A DNA stretch of 64,000 nucleotides, taken from NCBI GenBank assembly GCA_029717555.1, contig JAMDHS010000002.1:1-64000 (forward strand). Direction: 5' to 3'. Under the pieces are notes generated by a model that did no database searches, was not told the DNA's origin, and saw only the letters and a list, made by a program, of their open reading frames with translations. Below, piece by piece: positions 25,451-37,293 of this stretch. Position 1 is the first letter of the stretch. Each line of letters begins with the position of its first letter. The stretch comes from Peribolospora baueri. Its lineage: Eukaryota. The translations under genes and the position numbers were made by a program.

Positions 25451-28400
25451 CTAATTCTGGAAGACGAGTCCACCGCCGAACTCCCCAGCGCCAGGATACT
25501 CGACGATCTTCTCGAGCTGAGCGACGGCGGCCGTCGTGTGGTTGGCGTGCTGCGTCGCGTCGGATGCGGCCTCAAGGCTACCGGCCCGCTCTCCGACCCA
25601 CTCGTCCATAAAGCGGAAGATCTCGTCGTGCCACCGCAGCGAGTTGAGCGGATCGATGACCCAGTGATTCTCCTCGGGGAAGTAAACGAATCGGCTCGGG
25701 ACGCCCCTCCTTTGCAGCGCGTTAAACACCGCCAGACCTTCGCTCTCCGTGAGACGGTAGTCCTTGCCTCCGTGGATGACGAGCTGCGGCGTGCGCCAGT
25801 TGGAGACGAACTGGTTGGGCGAGTAGCGGCGGTAGTTGGCAGGAGCCTCCCAAGGCGTGCCACCGAACTCTTGTTCGGCGAAGTAAAGCTCCTCGGTCGC
25901 ATAGAAGCCATTTTCGTTGGAGAAGATGCCATCGTGGGAGCTAAATAGCAATGTCAAGTAGGGAAGACAATGAATTAGGTTGGTCCTGAAACATACCAGG
26001 CATGTTTACTTGAAGACATTGAACAACGTCATGTGGGTTACTCACATGATAGCTTTGAAGATGCCGCCTGGGTTGTGGCCTTGAATGAAGTTTGCCATGT
26101 AACCTCCTACAACGACGTTAACGACGAATGAAGGTCGGACAAATAAACGAACCAAGATCCGTCAGCTCTGCGTGATGCGCAGTTTTCGCTTAGCACCAGA
26201 TGCGTCTGAAGGCCTCCCTCCGTCAGCTCCTCACCGATCGCTTCTCACATCGACTAGAAAAACCGCCTCACGCACCATAAGAAGCGCCAGCAGCGACGAT
26301 ACGCTCCACATCAACCTGGTCGGAGTAGACTTTGAGGAAGTATTCTAGGCCCGCCATGAGATCCTTGTACGGATGATTGCCCCAGTTCTGCTGAATAGCT
26401 GTGAACGAGCATGCGATGGTGGGCAAAGGGAAAAAAAGGTCAAGACGAATCGGGTTCAATCCGTACGCTAGAGTCGATGGCCAACGAAAGTGTCAAGACG
26501 CACCGTCCGTGAAAGCTTGTCCGTACCCGGTCGACCCAGTCGGGTTGACGGCGAGAATGATGTACCCCTGCGCTGCCCAGGCTCCTGGGTTCCATCGGGT
26601 AGACCAGGAAGAGGTCCAAGCGCCTTCGGGGCCTGTTCAGCCGCCAAGGAGGAAGGAAATCATATGACAGGTTGAGTAAGGCCTCGCGCTCCCCTTTCTT
26701 TACGATTTGCACCATCACACCCTGACAAAGACGGACGTTCAAACCCACCACCGTGAATCATCAACACGACCGGGTACTTCTTCCCTTTCTTAAACCCAGG
26801 CGGCTTCACGACCCAAGCGTGCACGGGCCTTCCGAGCGATCCGGTGAACCAGACCTCCTCCCCTTCGTCCAAATCCTTGCCCTTCAGGCTCGAGCCCTTC
26901 TTGAACGAGAGCGAAGTCACCTTGTGCGCTTTGGCGGCGATGTGACCGTCGTGGAGAGGCAAAACGCATGTCTCTAAAGGGGAAACAAACGAACTTTGGC
27001 CAAAAAGAAGCGCCCCTGCCTTTCCACTGTGTTTGCCATGGTCAGGGAGAACTTGCAGGTCGGTGGAGGAATGCTTGTGGGTGAGGAAGCGAGCCTGCGA
27101 AGAAGCGGCTTGGCCCTGTTCGTCGAGGTCCACGAGAAACACCTTGACGTGTCCCGCATCCTCCACGAGACCGTAGATGGTACGCGCGTCGGCAGAGAAG
27201 GCGATCTGAGACGGGCTGCGATCCCAGTCGGGGAGAATCTTGTGCAACCTACGCTTCTCTAGGTCAAACATGGTGATCACGCGGCGGTCTGACTCGTAGC
27301 CGTCCCGAGCCATCTCGAGCCATGCTGCCCACTTGCCGTTCTCGCTAAGGATGGGCGAGGAAGTGGCGCCTTGCTCACCAGAGGTAAGCATCTGCACATT
27401 AACGTCTGATCCGGAGCTGGGGAAGAGCGGAACGATGTAGACGTTCTGACGTGTGTGCCATGCAGGGTTCACGATCGGGTCCTTGGAGGTGAAGAGGAGG
27501 TGTTTCGCGGATAGGTCGAAATCCGAAGAGTCTCCGAAAGGGGCGACGGGACATTGCTGCGGGAGCACAAGGACATGAGTAGGTAAGGAGGCAAGGGCAA
27601 GATCAACAGAGCATCTATTGTTGAACTGACGAGCTTTGTCCCCTGGAGGGGGGCCTTGAAGCCGCCCTCAAACTTCCATCCTTTTTCCTTCTCTTTGTGC
27701 AACGGAGCCGAAATCTTGACATAGAAGAGCTGCTTGCGTTTGCGCGGGTTCAACCACGTGTCCCAATGTCGGACGTAGAGCGAGTCGTAGACTAAAGGAA
27801 CCAGCACGGTAACACGCGCGAAAATGTCAGAGATCTCAGCTACGGAGTGCTGTCTGGTCGCATTCATTGACGGCAGCGGTCCACTCACCCTTGACTTTGT
27901 CCCACCTCGCCTCATCATCCTCTTTGAGACCCCGGGGCACCGTTTCGAGCTTTCCATCCTCATACACCTCAGCACTGAAGACGAGTGTGTTGCCCTTGAC
28001 CTTGAGATCCGCAGGCTCAATACCCTTGGGGAACTCGCCCACCTTTTGTCCGGGGTGTGCGGGATCAAGGTGAGCAGAAAAGGTGGACTTGGCCCAGAGC
28101 TCGGCATTGTTGGATTTGGTTTCCTCGCCGGATCGGACGTAGCCAATGTTGGAGGAGGAGAGCCAGATGGCCGAGGTGTGGTTGTTTAGGAGGGGTTTTG
28201 GGTCCGCTTTAGAGGAGAGATCGACAAAGTAAAGCGTCTTGGTCGTGCTGTGTTTTGTCATTCATGAGCATAAAAGGTCGTGGTGGGGTGGTCAAGCCCA
28301 ATCGACGTAACGATGGGACAGTGGTTCGCTCACCTCTTCCGCTTGATGTCAAACTCACTGACCCCGACGATGGCAAGAGTGCCGTCGGGGTTTGCGAGCG

Positions 28401-28548
28401 GTGCGCCTGGCCGAGGAGCTTGTATGAGATCGACGGGACGGAGAAGAGCGTCTGAAGAGGGCTTAGTCTCGACGACGGCAGCTTGCACAGAAGCGATCAT
28501 GCCCCAAGCGGCAACGGCGACCAGCGAGGATGCACCGAGGAGCTTCAT
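25451..28548 (-). CDS. DPP5: Secreted dipeptidyl-peptidase V (peptidase S9)
   Basis: Signal-peptide-like [33 protein letters not shown]; spliced nucleophile motif [22 protein letters not shown] and FPEENHWV supply the catalytic Asp and His. Confidence 0.93.
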
Positions 28549-29099
28549 GGCGGGGGGCAAAGCGAGTAGGGAGAAACTGGTCAAGCCGACTGGCTGCTCG
28601 GTCGACGTCGATGTCGTCGTGTCCGCTTCGCTCATATCTCGATCGATGTCGAGACGGACGCGGCTGCGGCAACCCCCGCACGGAGTAGAACGGGAATAAG
28701 CGGAGGAATGGGAGCATCGTTAGCCGCAGCCGCGGTCGAGTTCGGCATTCCACTCGACTCCATCGTCATCTCGAGCACGACCGCCCCGTCCTTGCACCCA
28801 TCCTCCATCTCCCGTGGCTCTGAGTACGACTTCTTTTCGCTCTCACCTCTCCTTCCTCTCCGCTTGTCTCGTCCTGCCCTTTGCCTCAAGCGCTGCCCTG
28901 CTGGTCCTTGGTCCTTTCACGCTCCTTAGATCTCTTGGAATTCCTCCCGATTATCGCCGACCGTCCAATCCATCAGCTCACCCGCCGGCCGTAGTTCTCT
29001 CCTTCACTCGCGTCTCCCCGCTTCTGAAACGAGGGAATATAGGCAAGACTTCTGCTTTTTGCCGCATTTCCGTCTGATCGTCCTTGTCCATACTCTGGC

Positions 29100-31367
29100 A
29101 TGTCCACCTTTCCGCCGTCGGAGGAGCTGCCCATCCTCGAGAGCCTTATCAAGTGAGCCCACTCGTCGTCTCCCTATCGCCCGTTCTCCTAATTGCTCAG
29201 CCTTTACTGAGCTTGGTTTGTCACTCCGTCCTCATTTGCACAGCATTCGCAACCGACTGACTGCTCTCAAGAAGGATCGGTCAGAATTCATCCGCCCTCA
29301 AGATGTCATGCACATCTACCAAGCCGTGATCAAGCAGGGTAAGTCTTCCAGGTGTAGCTGAGTTCAGAAATCGGCTTCTTTCGTTCCCCACTTACACTCC
29401 CTGGCCATCTGTTCCTTCCATGCTGTCCGACGCAGTCACCAAGCTCAACGATGTTCGCGACGAGAACGTAGCCGTGGACGCCTCATCGGCATACAACCGT
29501 GTCGACACCACCCTTAACGACGTCTTCCAGCTCCTCTCACTTTTCTTTCTCACCATTGGAAAGAGTAGAGAGAGCCCTGCGTCGTATTCGCAGCTGGCTA
29601 CGATGAAGGTGAGTGGAGAGACATACGGGTTGGACGGGGTGCGCCCACGATCCGCGCGGAAGCACCATAATGACGCGCCGGACCAAGCAACAACCTTGAG
29701 CTTCTACGTGCTGATACCGCTTATGCCTTTCTTTCTCCGGTCCACCTCTGTCCAGCAACTCCTCGACCACATGTCCGAATCCGGCGTATATACTGAGAAT
29801 GACCTCAAGCCCTTTTCGGCGCGGTTGGAGAAGTTCAAGGAAATCATCCGCCGTGACATCGAGGATAAGAAGCATCCGGAAGCACTGACCAAGCTGCTGA
29901 TGCGCAAGTTGGAAGGCGTAGGTGAGTAGATGGTCGGCAGGAGCTTCATGGTAGGCGAGGAGAGAATACTTTGCCGGTTAGGCACAGACGTCCACGGTAG
30001 CTGACGTTCGCTTCATTTTCATTCCGACCATGGCTGACGTCACCAGAACGATCGCTGAACGACCTCCAAACGTCCCTCTCAGTTCTTTCTGTCGAACTGG
30101 TGCCCATCCACCAAAGACTGGTCACTATCCGACGACAACTCGGTTTCATCGCTAGCCAGCCGAAGCCGGGCAAAGCGGACATGAAGGTATTGCAGGAAGA
30201 GTTGAGGAAGATTGACTCGTGAGTCGCCTCTCCACTTCCTTTTCTTTCTACATAACATGTCTTGTCTTTAGCTATGTAGGCTGAGACGATCGTCGAACTG
30301 GGGCGGCGGCCTCGATTGATCCATAAAACCAGGAAACGAGTCGACGGCAAGTTCTTGGGCCCAGGAGGCTCCTCGGTACCGGCGGGGCAGGCCATCTTGG
30401 TGGGCTTGCTGGAGGAAAACTTTGAGATTTGTCATGATATCACAGTGAGCATTCGCCCTCGGCGGTCTGGCTGCCGGCAGGAGTGCAGGTGACTGAACCG
30501 TTTGGCGTTTTCCTCGTTATTTCACGCGGTTCTCGTCTACAGGTCCGCCAAGACGACGTCCCCTTCACCCTACAGCCGATCTACGACCGACTCTCTGAGC
30601 TCAAACAGCAGCTCGAGCAGCTGACACTCACCCATCGCTGGACACTGCGGGAGACTGACCTTTGGAACTTCCAAGTGTCGCTCAAGGAGATCGATAGCAT
30701 GCGCGTCGATGGGAAATTCGTCGACAGCGACGGAAAAGCACCGGAGGGGCAGCTCATCTTACTTTATTTGCTGCGAAGATGTTATGGGCTGATTTATAGG
30801 CTTATCGCATCTAGTGAGCCTGTATCGGAGGAGCTGAGTGAGTGATGAGCGACAGGGATGAAGACTCTGAGACGATGACGCAGGTAGAACCGGCGACTCG
30901 CGTTCGTTCCATGGCTGACGTCTTTCTTTTCCCTTCTCTCTCACTCGCTCGTTTCGTATTACGACTACTCTATTACAGTGCCGATTGCGAATAAGCTCCA
31001 CACGGTTTCGAGGTGCCTGAAAGAGGTGTCCAAGTACGGGGGGCCTTTCACACAGCGGGATCTGTACCCCGTGAGCAATGCATCTTCTTTCATTTTTCAA
31101 CACCTTCGTCTTCTTTCGTTCACGAACCTGACCCTTCCCTCTATTCATCGTTGACCCTTCCACTCTTTCCCCCCCCCCCAGTACCAACTAGCCCTCCACC
31201 AAATAGACAACCTGCGCGTGGACGGCAAATGGCTCGGAAGAGATGGCTCCGTGCCGGAGGGACAGGCTATCCTCGCGGCGCAGTATGACGAGACGCTCCA
31301 GATGTGCAACGAGATGCTCAACTCGAAGGACGAGCAGAGCGATCCCGAGGAGGACTTCGGGGGTTAG
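29100..31367 (+). CDS. CUB1: DUF2408/UPF0662 conserved fungal protein (yeast YPL260W/Cub1-like)
   Basis: EELPILESLI-NIRNRLTALKKDRSEFI, RVDTTLNDVFQLLSLFFLTIGK, LTHRWTLRETDL and LLYLLRRCYGLIY...SSEPVSEEL. Confidence 0.85.
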
Positions 31368-32096
31368 ATGGGCAAGCCGGCAGGGAGGAGACAAGAAGGG
31401 GAGGGAAAGCGAAGGGTTGCCTGGGCGAAGGCGCGGGCGGGCTGACCCAGTCTCATTCTTTGCTTGGTTGCCGCACGATGGTCATCGCTCTGTTTGTCTT
31501 TGTTCAGGTGCCCTGCCCACACCCCTGTAATATCGTCTTCCTTCCGTCATCGGCAGTGCTACCACTCAGCCCTTCCCTCTTCCCTCCTTCGTTTCTGCGC
31601 CATCTTGTTTCTTCTTTCCATCGCTGTTTATTTTTCTCCAGTGCTTGCGCTCACGACGGCTTTGTTCATACTACTCCTTCGACTTCTCGTTGCGGCGGTC
31701 CTAGGCCACTTTCCCACCCACGCGCCTCGTTCCACCTTTCGTACCCCGCTTCGCTATTAACGTTATTGGTGATGACTTGTCTGTAATTGCACCATCAAGA
31801 TGCCAACAACCTGAAGCCAGATCTGGTGTTGAACTTTAGCGACCGCGGTCCACACTCTTCAACTGCGATTTCGGAGGCCTTCCGAGAACGGCCACCCGCA
31901 GAACAGCATGGAGTCCGATTTGTCGGGTAGGAGTGTGCATGACGAAAGGCAGGACGCACTAAGAAGTACGTCCGGCGAAGCCAAGATGTACTTGTCAAAT
32001 ATGGACGTTGCGTAGAATTCCGCCTATCCCCCACCGCATCCAGAAAGCGCACAACAAGGCGCCATGCCTCCACCACCTGCCGCTGTCGACGCGTCG

Positions 32097-32345
32097 ACAT
32101 GTTTGGCCCCATCAAAACGCCTCGTCCCACTTGAGCCTCCCTCGCTAACGTTCGATAGGAGCGCGCTAGAGAGACGAGGGACGGGCATTCTGCAGGGGTC
32201 GCATCCGCCTTCCTGCTTCCGTCCCCGAAGGGACGGAAGAGAGAAAGAGGAGTGTCTGTCTTCCGGGCTAGTTTAAGTCGCCCTTCGTGAGAAGTGGAGG
32301 CTTGGCCACGCACTTGCGAAGGGCGATTAGATAAAACCCGGGTGC
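32097..32345 (-). ncRNA. SNR49: Box H/ACA snoRNA, snR49-like (predicted guide for 18S sites equivalent to yeast Psi120/Psi211 and Psi302)
   Basis: Two pocket-bearing hairpins. 5' hairpin (32263-32341): guides UUUUAUCU and UAAACUA, complementary to conserved 18S UUUA-Psi-U-AGAUAAAA and UAGUUUA-Psi-U-UGAU. 3' hairpin (32107-32198): guides GCAGA and UUUGA, complementary to 18S UCAAA-Psi-N-UCUGC, with ACA (32102-32100) 14 nt downstream. G-U pairs in the 3' hairpin and a cUUCGg tetraloop favour the minus strand. rRNA targets are recalled from conserved fungal 18S, not this organism's rRNA. Confidence 0.72.
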
Positions 32346-33070
32346 ATGAGATGAGAGGAATAGAAGAAGGAGAGGGCGATGTAGAAGATGCTCAATGATA
32401 GCGCTCGGCTGTCGTTCACCCCGGTGCGCCTGAGCCTAAGCAAGAGGGAGCACAGCCGTTGCGTGCCATCATTGCACGAAGCAAAGACGAGGCGGTTGTA
32501 GTGGACATCGTCTCCCTGCGAGCAACGACTACGGCGGGGCCCACGAGCCTGACGCGAAGGCAATAGTGTCCAGGGCAGAAAAGAAAGAGAAAAAGACGTA
32601 GAGAGCCCGCGGGGGGGGGGTTCGAATCCCTCCATCTCTCAACCAGACACACCTTTCCTTCTCCCAAGCCCGTGAGGAGACCACAGTAGAGGGCCGCCTC
32701 GTCCGCACCTCCTCCTACCATGGACGACGTAATTGGCGGACGGCGCAGAGGAAGCCAATGCGATGTGGTCGTACGATGTTGATCTGACGACTGAGGTGCC
32801 CGAGCTGGACCTCAGGCGTCTTCGTCGGGCGGAGGGAGGCGGATAAAGGCGGGCTTTGGGCCGTCGTGGAACTGTGCAGCTCTGGACGCACGGCCCACCT
32901 CGGCTGCGGACGACTGCGGCAGCACTCGACTCTTCGAAGCAGGCGGCGTCTCCACGTCGAGATCTCCTATTCAAGCTAGCCTTCAAGTCGTCAACGACCC
33001 GTCCCTCATCACCCAACCGGCGAGCCTACGTTAGAGCTTCTCAAGATCCCGTCTTAAAAATCACGTCAAG

Positions 33071-33720
33071 ATGACCCACGAGGCTATTTGGTTCTCTCGC
33101 CCCGTGAGTGGTTCTCGCAGTGCAACCTTGGCTCGCGGTCGGTGTCATTGTTCGGAGGACAGAGGTTGGACGACGTTGAGGCATTGGGAGCAGTGCGCTG
33201 TGGAGGAAAGAAGCGGCAGGGGGTGGGATGAAGTGTGCTGTGTGAAGGAGTGCATGCGCGCAGTCGCTTGAGCTGGGTCTGACTGGTCGTGTTTCCTCGC
33301 ACTCTTCGTTGGCGTCCACAGCGCAAGTTCGGCAAGGGCTCCCGCCAGTGGTGAGCATGCGATCCGCCATCACCTCGCGCCGTTTTCTTACCGGAATACT
33401 AAACGCGCATCTCTTTCTTCTGAACGCCCTGCCTGGATTCGTGTCGCAGCCGCATCTGCTCCAACCACGGCGGTATCATCCGCAAGTACGGTCTCGACAT
33501 CTGCCGTCAGTGCTTCAGGGAGAAGGCCGACGCCATCGGTTTTTCCAAGGTGAGGCTGGCTTTCGGCGCTTCGGCTGGAGCGTCGGGTGATGTGGTGGCC
33601 GTTGAGGATCGTGCCTCCTCGTCTGCGGAGGGAGATGTGTAGGGAATTGTGGTCGGGAGCGAGACGCTGACCATAGTTTACCGATTTCCTGTCGCCTCGC
33701 CGCTTCGATAGAACCGCTGA
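33071..33720 (+). CDS. RPS29: 40S ribosomal protein S29 (uS14), 4 exons
   Basis: Spliced product [60 protein letters not shown]. Confidence 0.97.
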
Positions 33721-34013
33721 GCCGTGTCGATATCTCATGTCTTCCTCTCCGGGCTCTTCCCACATGCCACTCATCGTAGCCATGCATATGTAAAAGTAGC
33801 TGCCGTCTCCCCGGAACACACCCGACGTGCGACTACGGCGAGCGCTTAGGAAGCCTTGCCATGCTCGTTCTCGTTTCCGTCTGATTGAGCTTGCGTCCGA
33901 GCTTGCGTCACCGCCACGAGTGACTTGAGGAGCTGCCGCCGACGACGTGATCGACGGTGGACGGTCGGAGCTTTCCGATTTCGGCGGTCGCAGACACTCA
34001 AAGGAAGGATAGT

Positions 34014-35317
34014 ATGACATGGGCACAGCGGCGAGTTGCTGCGGTCGTTCTTTTGTTTCGCCGCCGGTCTGTGTTCTTCGAGTCGAGTGCGAATCGCAAT
34101 CGAACACGACGACGCACGCAAGCGGAGCAGATCGAAGAGGCGAAGGATGCGAAAACGGCCGAGCTGAAAGCGTTGAACGACGAGTCGGTCGTCGTGGGAC
34201 AGAGAGACAGCGCACCCCCTTTTTTCTCGTCTATATTATATACCCCGCGGCCGTTCCACCTGATCTAGATCGAGACGGCTTTCCCGGGACCCCCAACTCC
34301 CAGTTCAGTCCTCCGCTCACCGTCTTCAGCGGTCGTCTACACACCGTCATCGAGCAGCAAGCATGAGCGGCACAGGCACACCGGTGACAACAGCGACTGT
34401 GATGGCGACGGCGACAGCAACAGCGAGCCAAGGACGGGCGACGACGGGCCATGACGAAGGGGGGGACACGCGCACGGCGGCTCTGCTGTCGGTGGGCGGC
34501 ATGCACATGCGAGACTACCTGGCCAAGTCGTTGGAGGAGGGCCGTCTGGGAGAGGCGCTCTTGCTGCCCTCCAAAGGCAAAAGCCGATCCGGGTTGTCGT
34601 CGAGCGGCGGCGGGGAAGGGACGCCGAGGACGCCTTTGAAGCTGAACGACGGCGGCGGCGGCAGCGGCGTCTCGAGCGCGGGGACGGATATGGAGGGCAC
34701 GTCGGCGAGGACGAGGGGCTTTGTCCGGACGGCGACGACGACAGCAACGACGGCGACTGCGACTGAGACGACGCCACCGTCGTCTTCGCCGCTCAAGGCC
34801 GCGTGTAAGCACGCTCCGGACGAAAACGGTTCGAGCGGAGGCGGAGGCGGGTGCTCGGCAGAGATGGAAGTGGCGCTGTCGAGGCCCGTGTCGGCGATCC
34901 ATGAGGCATGTCAGAAGGTGTTCAAGGACGGACGGATACCAGAGTTTGAGTGGAGTCAGGACGGTCTTCGTGAGTTTTCTTTTTTGTTTTCTTTTCTTTC
35001 TTCTCCCTTTCCGGCTGCTGACGACGACGACGACGACAACAACAATGTGGCCTCTTCCAGTCCACGGCGCGACACTCCTGCTAGACATGACGCCGTCGGC
35101 GACGGCCTCGGATCCTTCACCGACGTCTCGCGTGCTCCGATTCGAGACGAAACCGACCTTCTTGCGAAGGAAAGACGCAAAGGGGGCGGCGGCCAAGGTG
35201 GCCATCGAGGAGGGCGTGCTGGAGAGGATGGCGGACTATGTGGCGGAGGAGAGCAAGAGGGCGTGGACTAGGCGCGATGGGCCGGGCGGTGTGTCGGGAT
35301 CGCCTTTGCGCGCGTGA
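34014..35317 (+). CDS. Hypothetical low-complexity protein (start and exon structure uncertain)
   Basis: Long ORF 34363-35271 with protein-like blocks (LLSVGGMHMRDYLAKSLEEG; AIHEACQKVFKDGRIPEFEW), a GTGAGT donor near 34970 and a probable last exon ending ...EEGVLERMADYVAEESKRAW...LRA-stop. Confidence 0.45.
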
Positions 35318-35379
35318 GTGAGGAGCATGGAAGGGCCGTCGTGTCGTGCCTCCGAGGGGAACCGTCGTAATATCATCCA

Positions 35380-37270
35380 CGGCCCACGACGACGACGACG
35401 ACGACGATGGGCGCGACATGATACGAGCGCATGTGCGACTATGAACGAGTGCTGTTCCTTGCTATATAGCTCATGGGCAGTAGAAGATATACGTGTAGAG
35501 TAGGTAGGACATGGGCACGAGAGACGAGAGTGGGGGAGAGAAGAGAATAAAAGAAAGAAAGTATGTAGGACGGGCCGGAAACCGAACCCCCCGCCGACGA
35601 AGGAGTAAGATGGCGACGGCGAAAGGAAGTTTTGGACTACCCGGACGCGACCCTCGAACCTCCCGTGAAGGAGGCGTCAGACAAACGACGACGACGTCGC
35701 TCGTCCAACAAGAACCTCTTCGCCCTTCACCAGGAATCTCGCTTCGTGTGCGCCTGAAGGCGTTGCCGAAGAGAGAGCAGAAATAGAGCGATGGAGAAGA
35801 AGAAGAAGAGAAAGAGAGAGGGAGAGGGAGAGGGGGAGAAGAAAAAGGGAGAGCCGCGGCGGTCAAGGGGTCACGTGATGAGATTCGATGGGAGGGTAGG
35901 GTTGTTTCTCCACGTGGGATTTGGGGATGGTCGGATGGTCGGCTCGGTCCGGTTCGATCCGTGCCGTCGTCGGTTGTCTGCAGGGCGATGACTCCCATCC
36001 ATCCATCCATCCATCCGTCCTTCCGTCTTATTTTCGATTCGATGGGCTATTTCGATGGCGACGCATGGACCGCGATGTACTGTACTGTACATATTGCGTT
36101 CTCTTCTCTTCTCTAATGAACTTGTCGTCAGTCTAGCTAGCTAGCTAGCTAGATAGTTGGCTGGTTGGCCGGGCTTGCTGCTTGCTGCGCGGCGGTGGTC
36201 GGAAGCGAGGAAAAGGGGGGACTGGCGGAAGGAAGGGGTGCGTTTTTCACCCATTCATTCATTCATTCCTCCTCGCGATGGGATGGGATCGGGATGGAAT
36301 GCATTGGGATGCGATGGGATGCGTTGAGGGCGGGGTGGATGTAAACAAAGGCGAGGGCGAGGGTGAGGGGAGGGAGGCCCCTGAAATGAAGGCGGAATGC
36401 GATCGAGGCGGATGGAAGGGCGCTTTGGAGTGACTTGACTGCGACGAGATTGAATGAGACGGCAGTAGTATAGTATAGTATAGGCCCATCCATCATCCAT
36501 TCCGTCCTTCATCAGTCCGTCGTTGTCGCCAACTCCGTCTGCCTGTCGTGTCGTGTATTGATTGTATTGGCTTGTCCTGTTTGGTCCTATCCCCTCCTGT
36601 TCCATCCGCCCTACTAGGGCCGCTCCCTCGTCCATCTCATCTCATCTCGTCTCGTCTCGTCTCATCGGCTCCGAGCGAGCGACGACACGACGGGACGGGA
36701 CGGGACAGAAGAGGACAGAATAGGACAAGACAGGTCAGGTCGGAACACGATACGATACAATACGATACAATACGATATACGACAGGGGCGAGCGCAAGCA
36801 ACGAGTCGCACACACACACCGACATCGACACCGACGCCGACAGCCACCACTCATCCACCCATCTCTCGTCTGCGCAGTTCGGAATAGGAACTCGCTCGTC
36901 GCCTCGCCTCTCTGCCGGCTACGACCGACCGACGATCCCTTACAACACCGACGCCGGACTCCCGACGGACGAGCGGACGAGCGGCTCCGGTCGGTCCCCT
37001 TCTTTGCTCTCCCTCCTGCACCCGCGCTCCAGCAACCGCACGCCGCACGCTGAGTGCTCGCCGCTTCACTTGACGTCCACGTCCACCACCGACGACGCAA
37101 CCAGCGACGCATCCCTCCCTCCTTAACTCCTCCATGCGCCGCCCTCCTTCCACCCTTGCCTCTTAATACCCCTTAACCTCGCCCTGACGACCGACCGCCG
37201 ACCGACGACACACAAACGGACGGACGGACGGACGACGGCTCGTGTCACCATCGCCGACACCACCACCACC
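35380..37270. repeat. Microsatellite-rich intergenic region upstream of the MAPK gene
   Basis: Runs of (GAC)n at about 35390, (ATCC)n at 35996, (AGCT)n at 36134, (TCGTC)n at 36646, (GATAC/AATAC)n at 36748, (GGAC)n at 37218 and (CAC)n at 37258. Confidence 0.8.
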
Positions 37271-37293
37271 ACCACCATCATCTCCTTCTCGCC

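Noticed and set aside
32600..32645. tRNA gene suggested by GGTTCGAATCC...ACCA
   Set aside because: No D-arm, anticodon arm or acceptor-stem partner upstream. Kept only as an isolated B-box.
32782..32830. Hammerhead-like CTGACGA followed by a stem
   Set aside because: The stem is followed by GCGT rather than the required GAAA, so the catalytic core is incomplete.
31800..32830. RNase P/MRP, SRP, U3 or telomerase RNA identity for the structured region
   Set aside because: I could not find paired CR-I/CR-V motifs, an SRP helix-8 motif, U3 boxes or a CCCUAA template.
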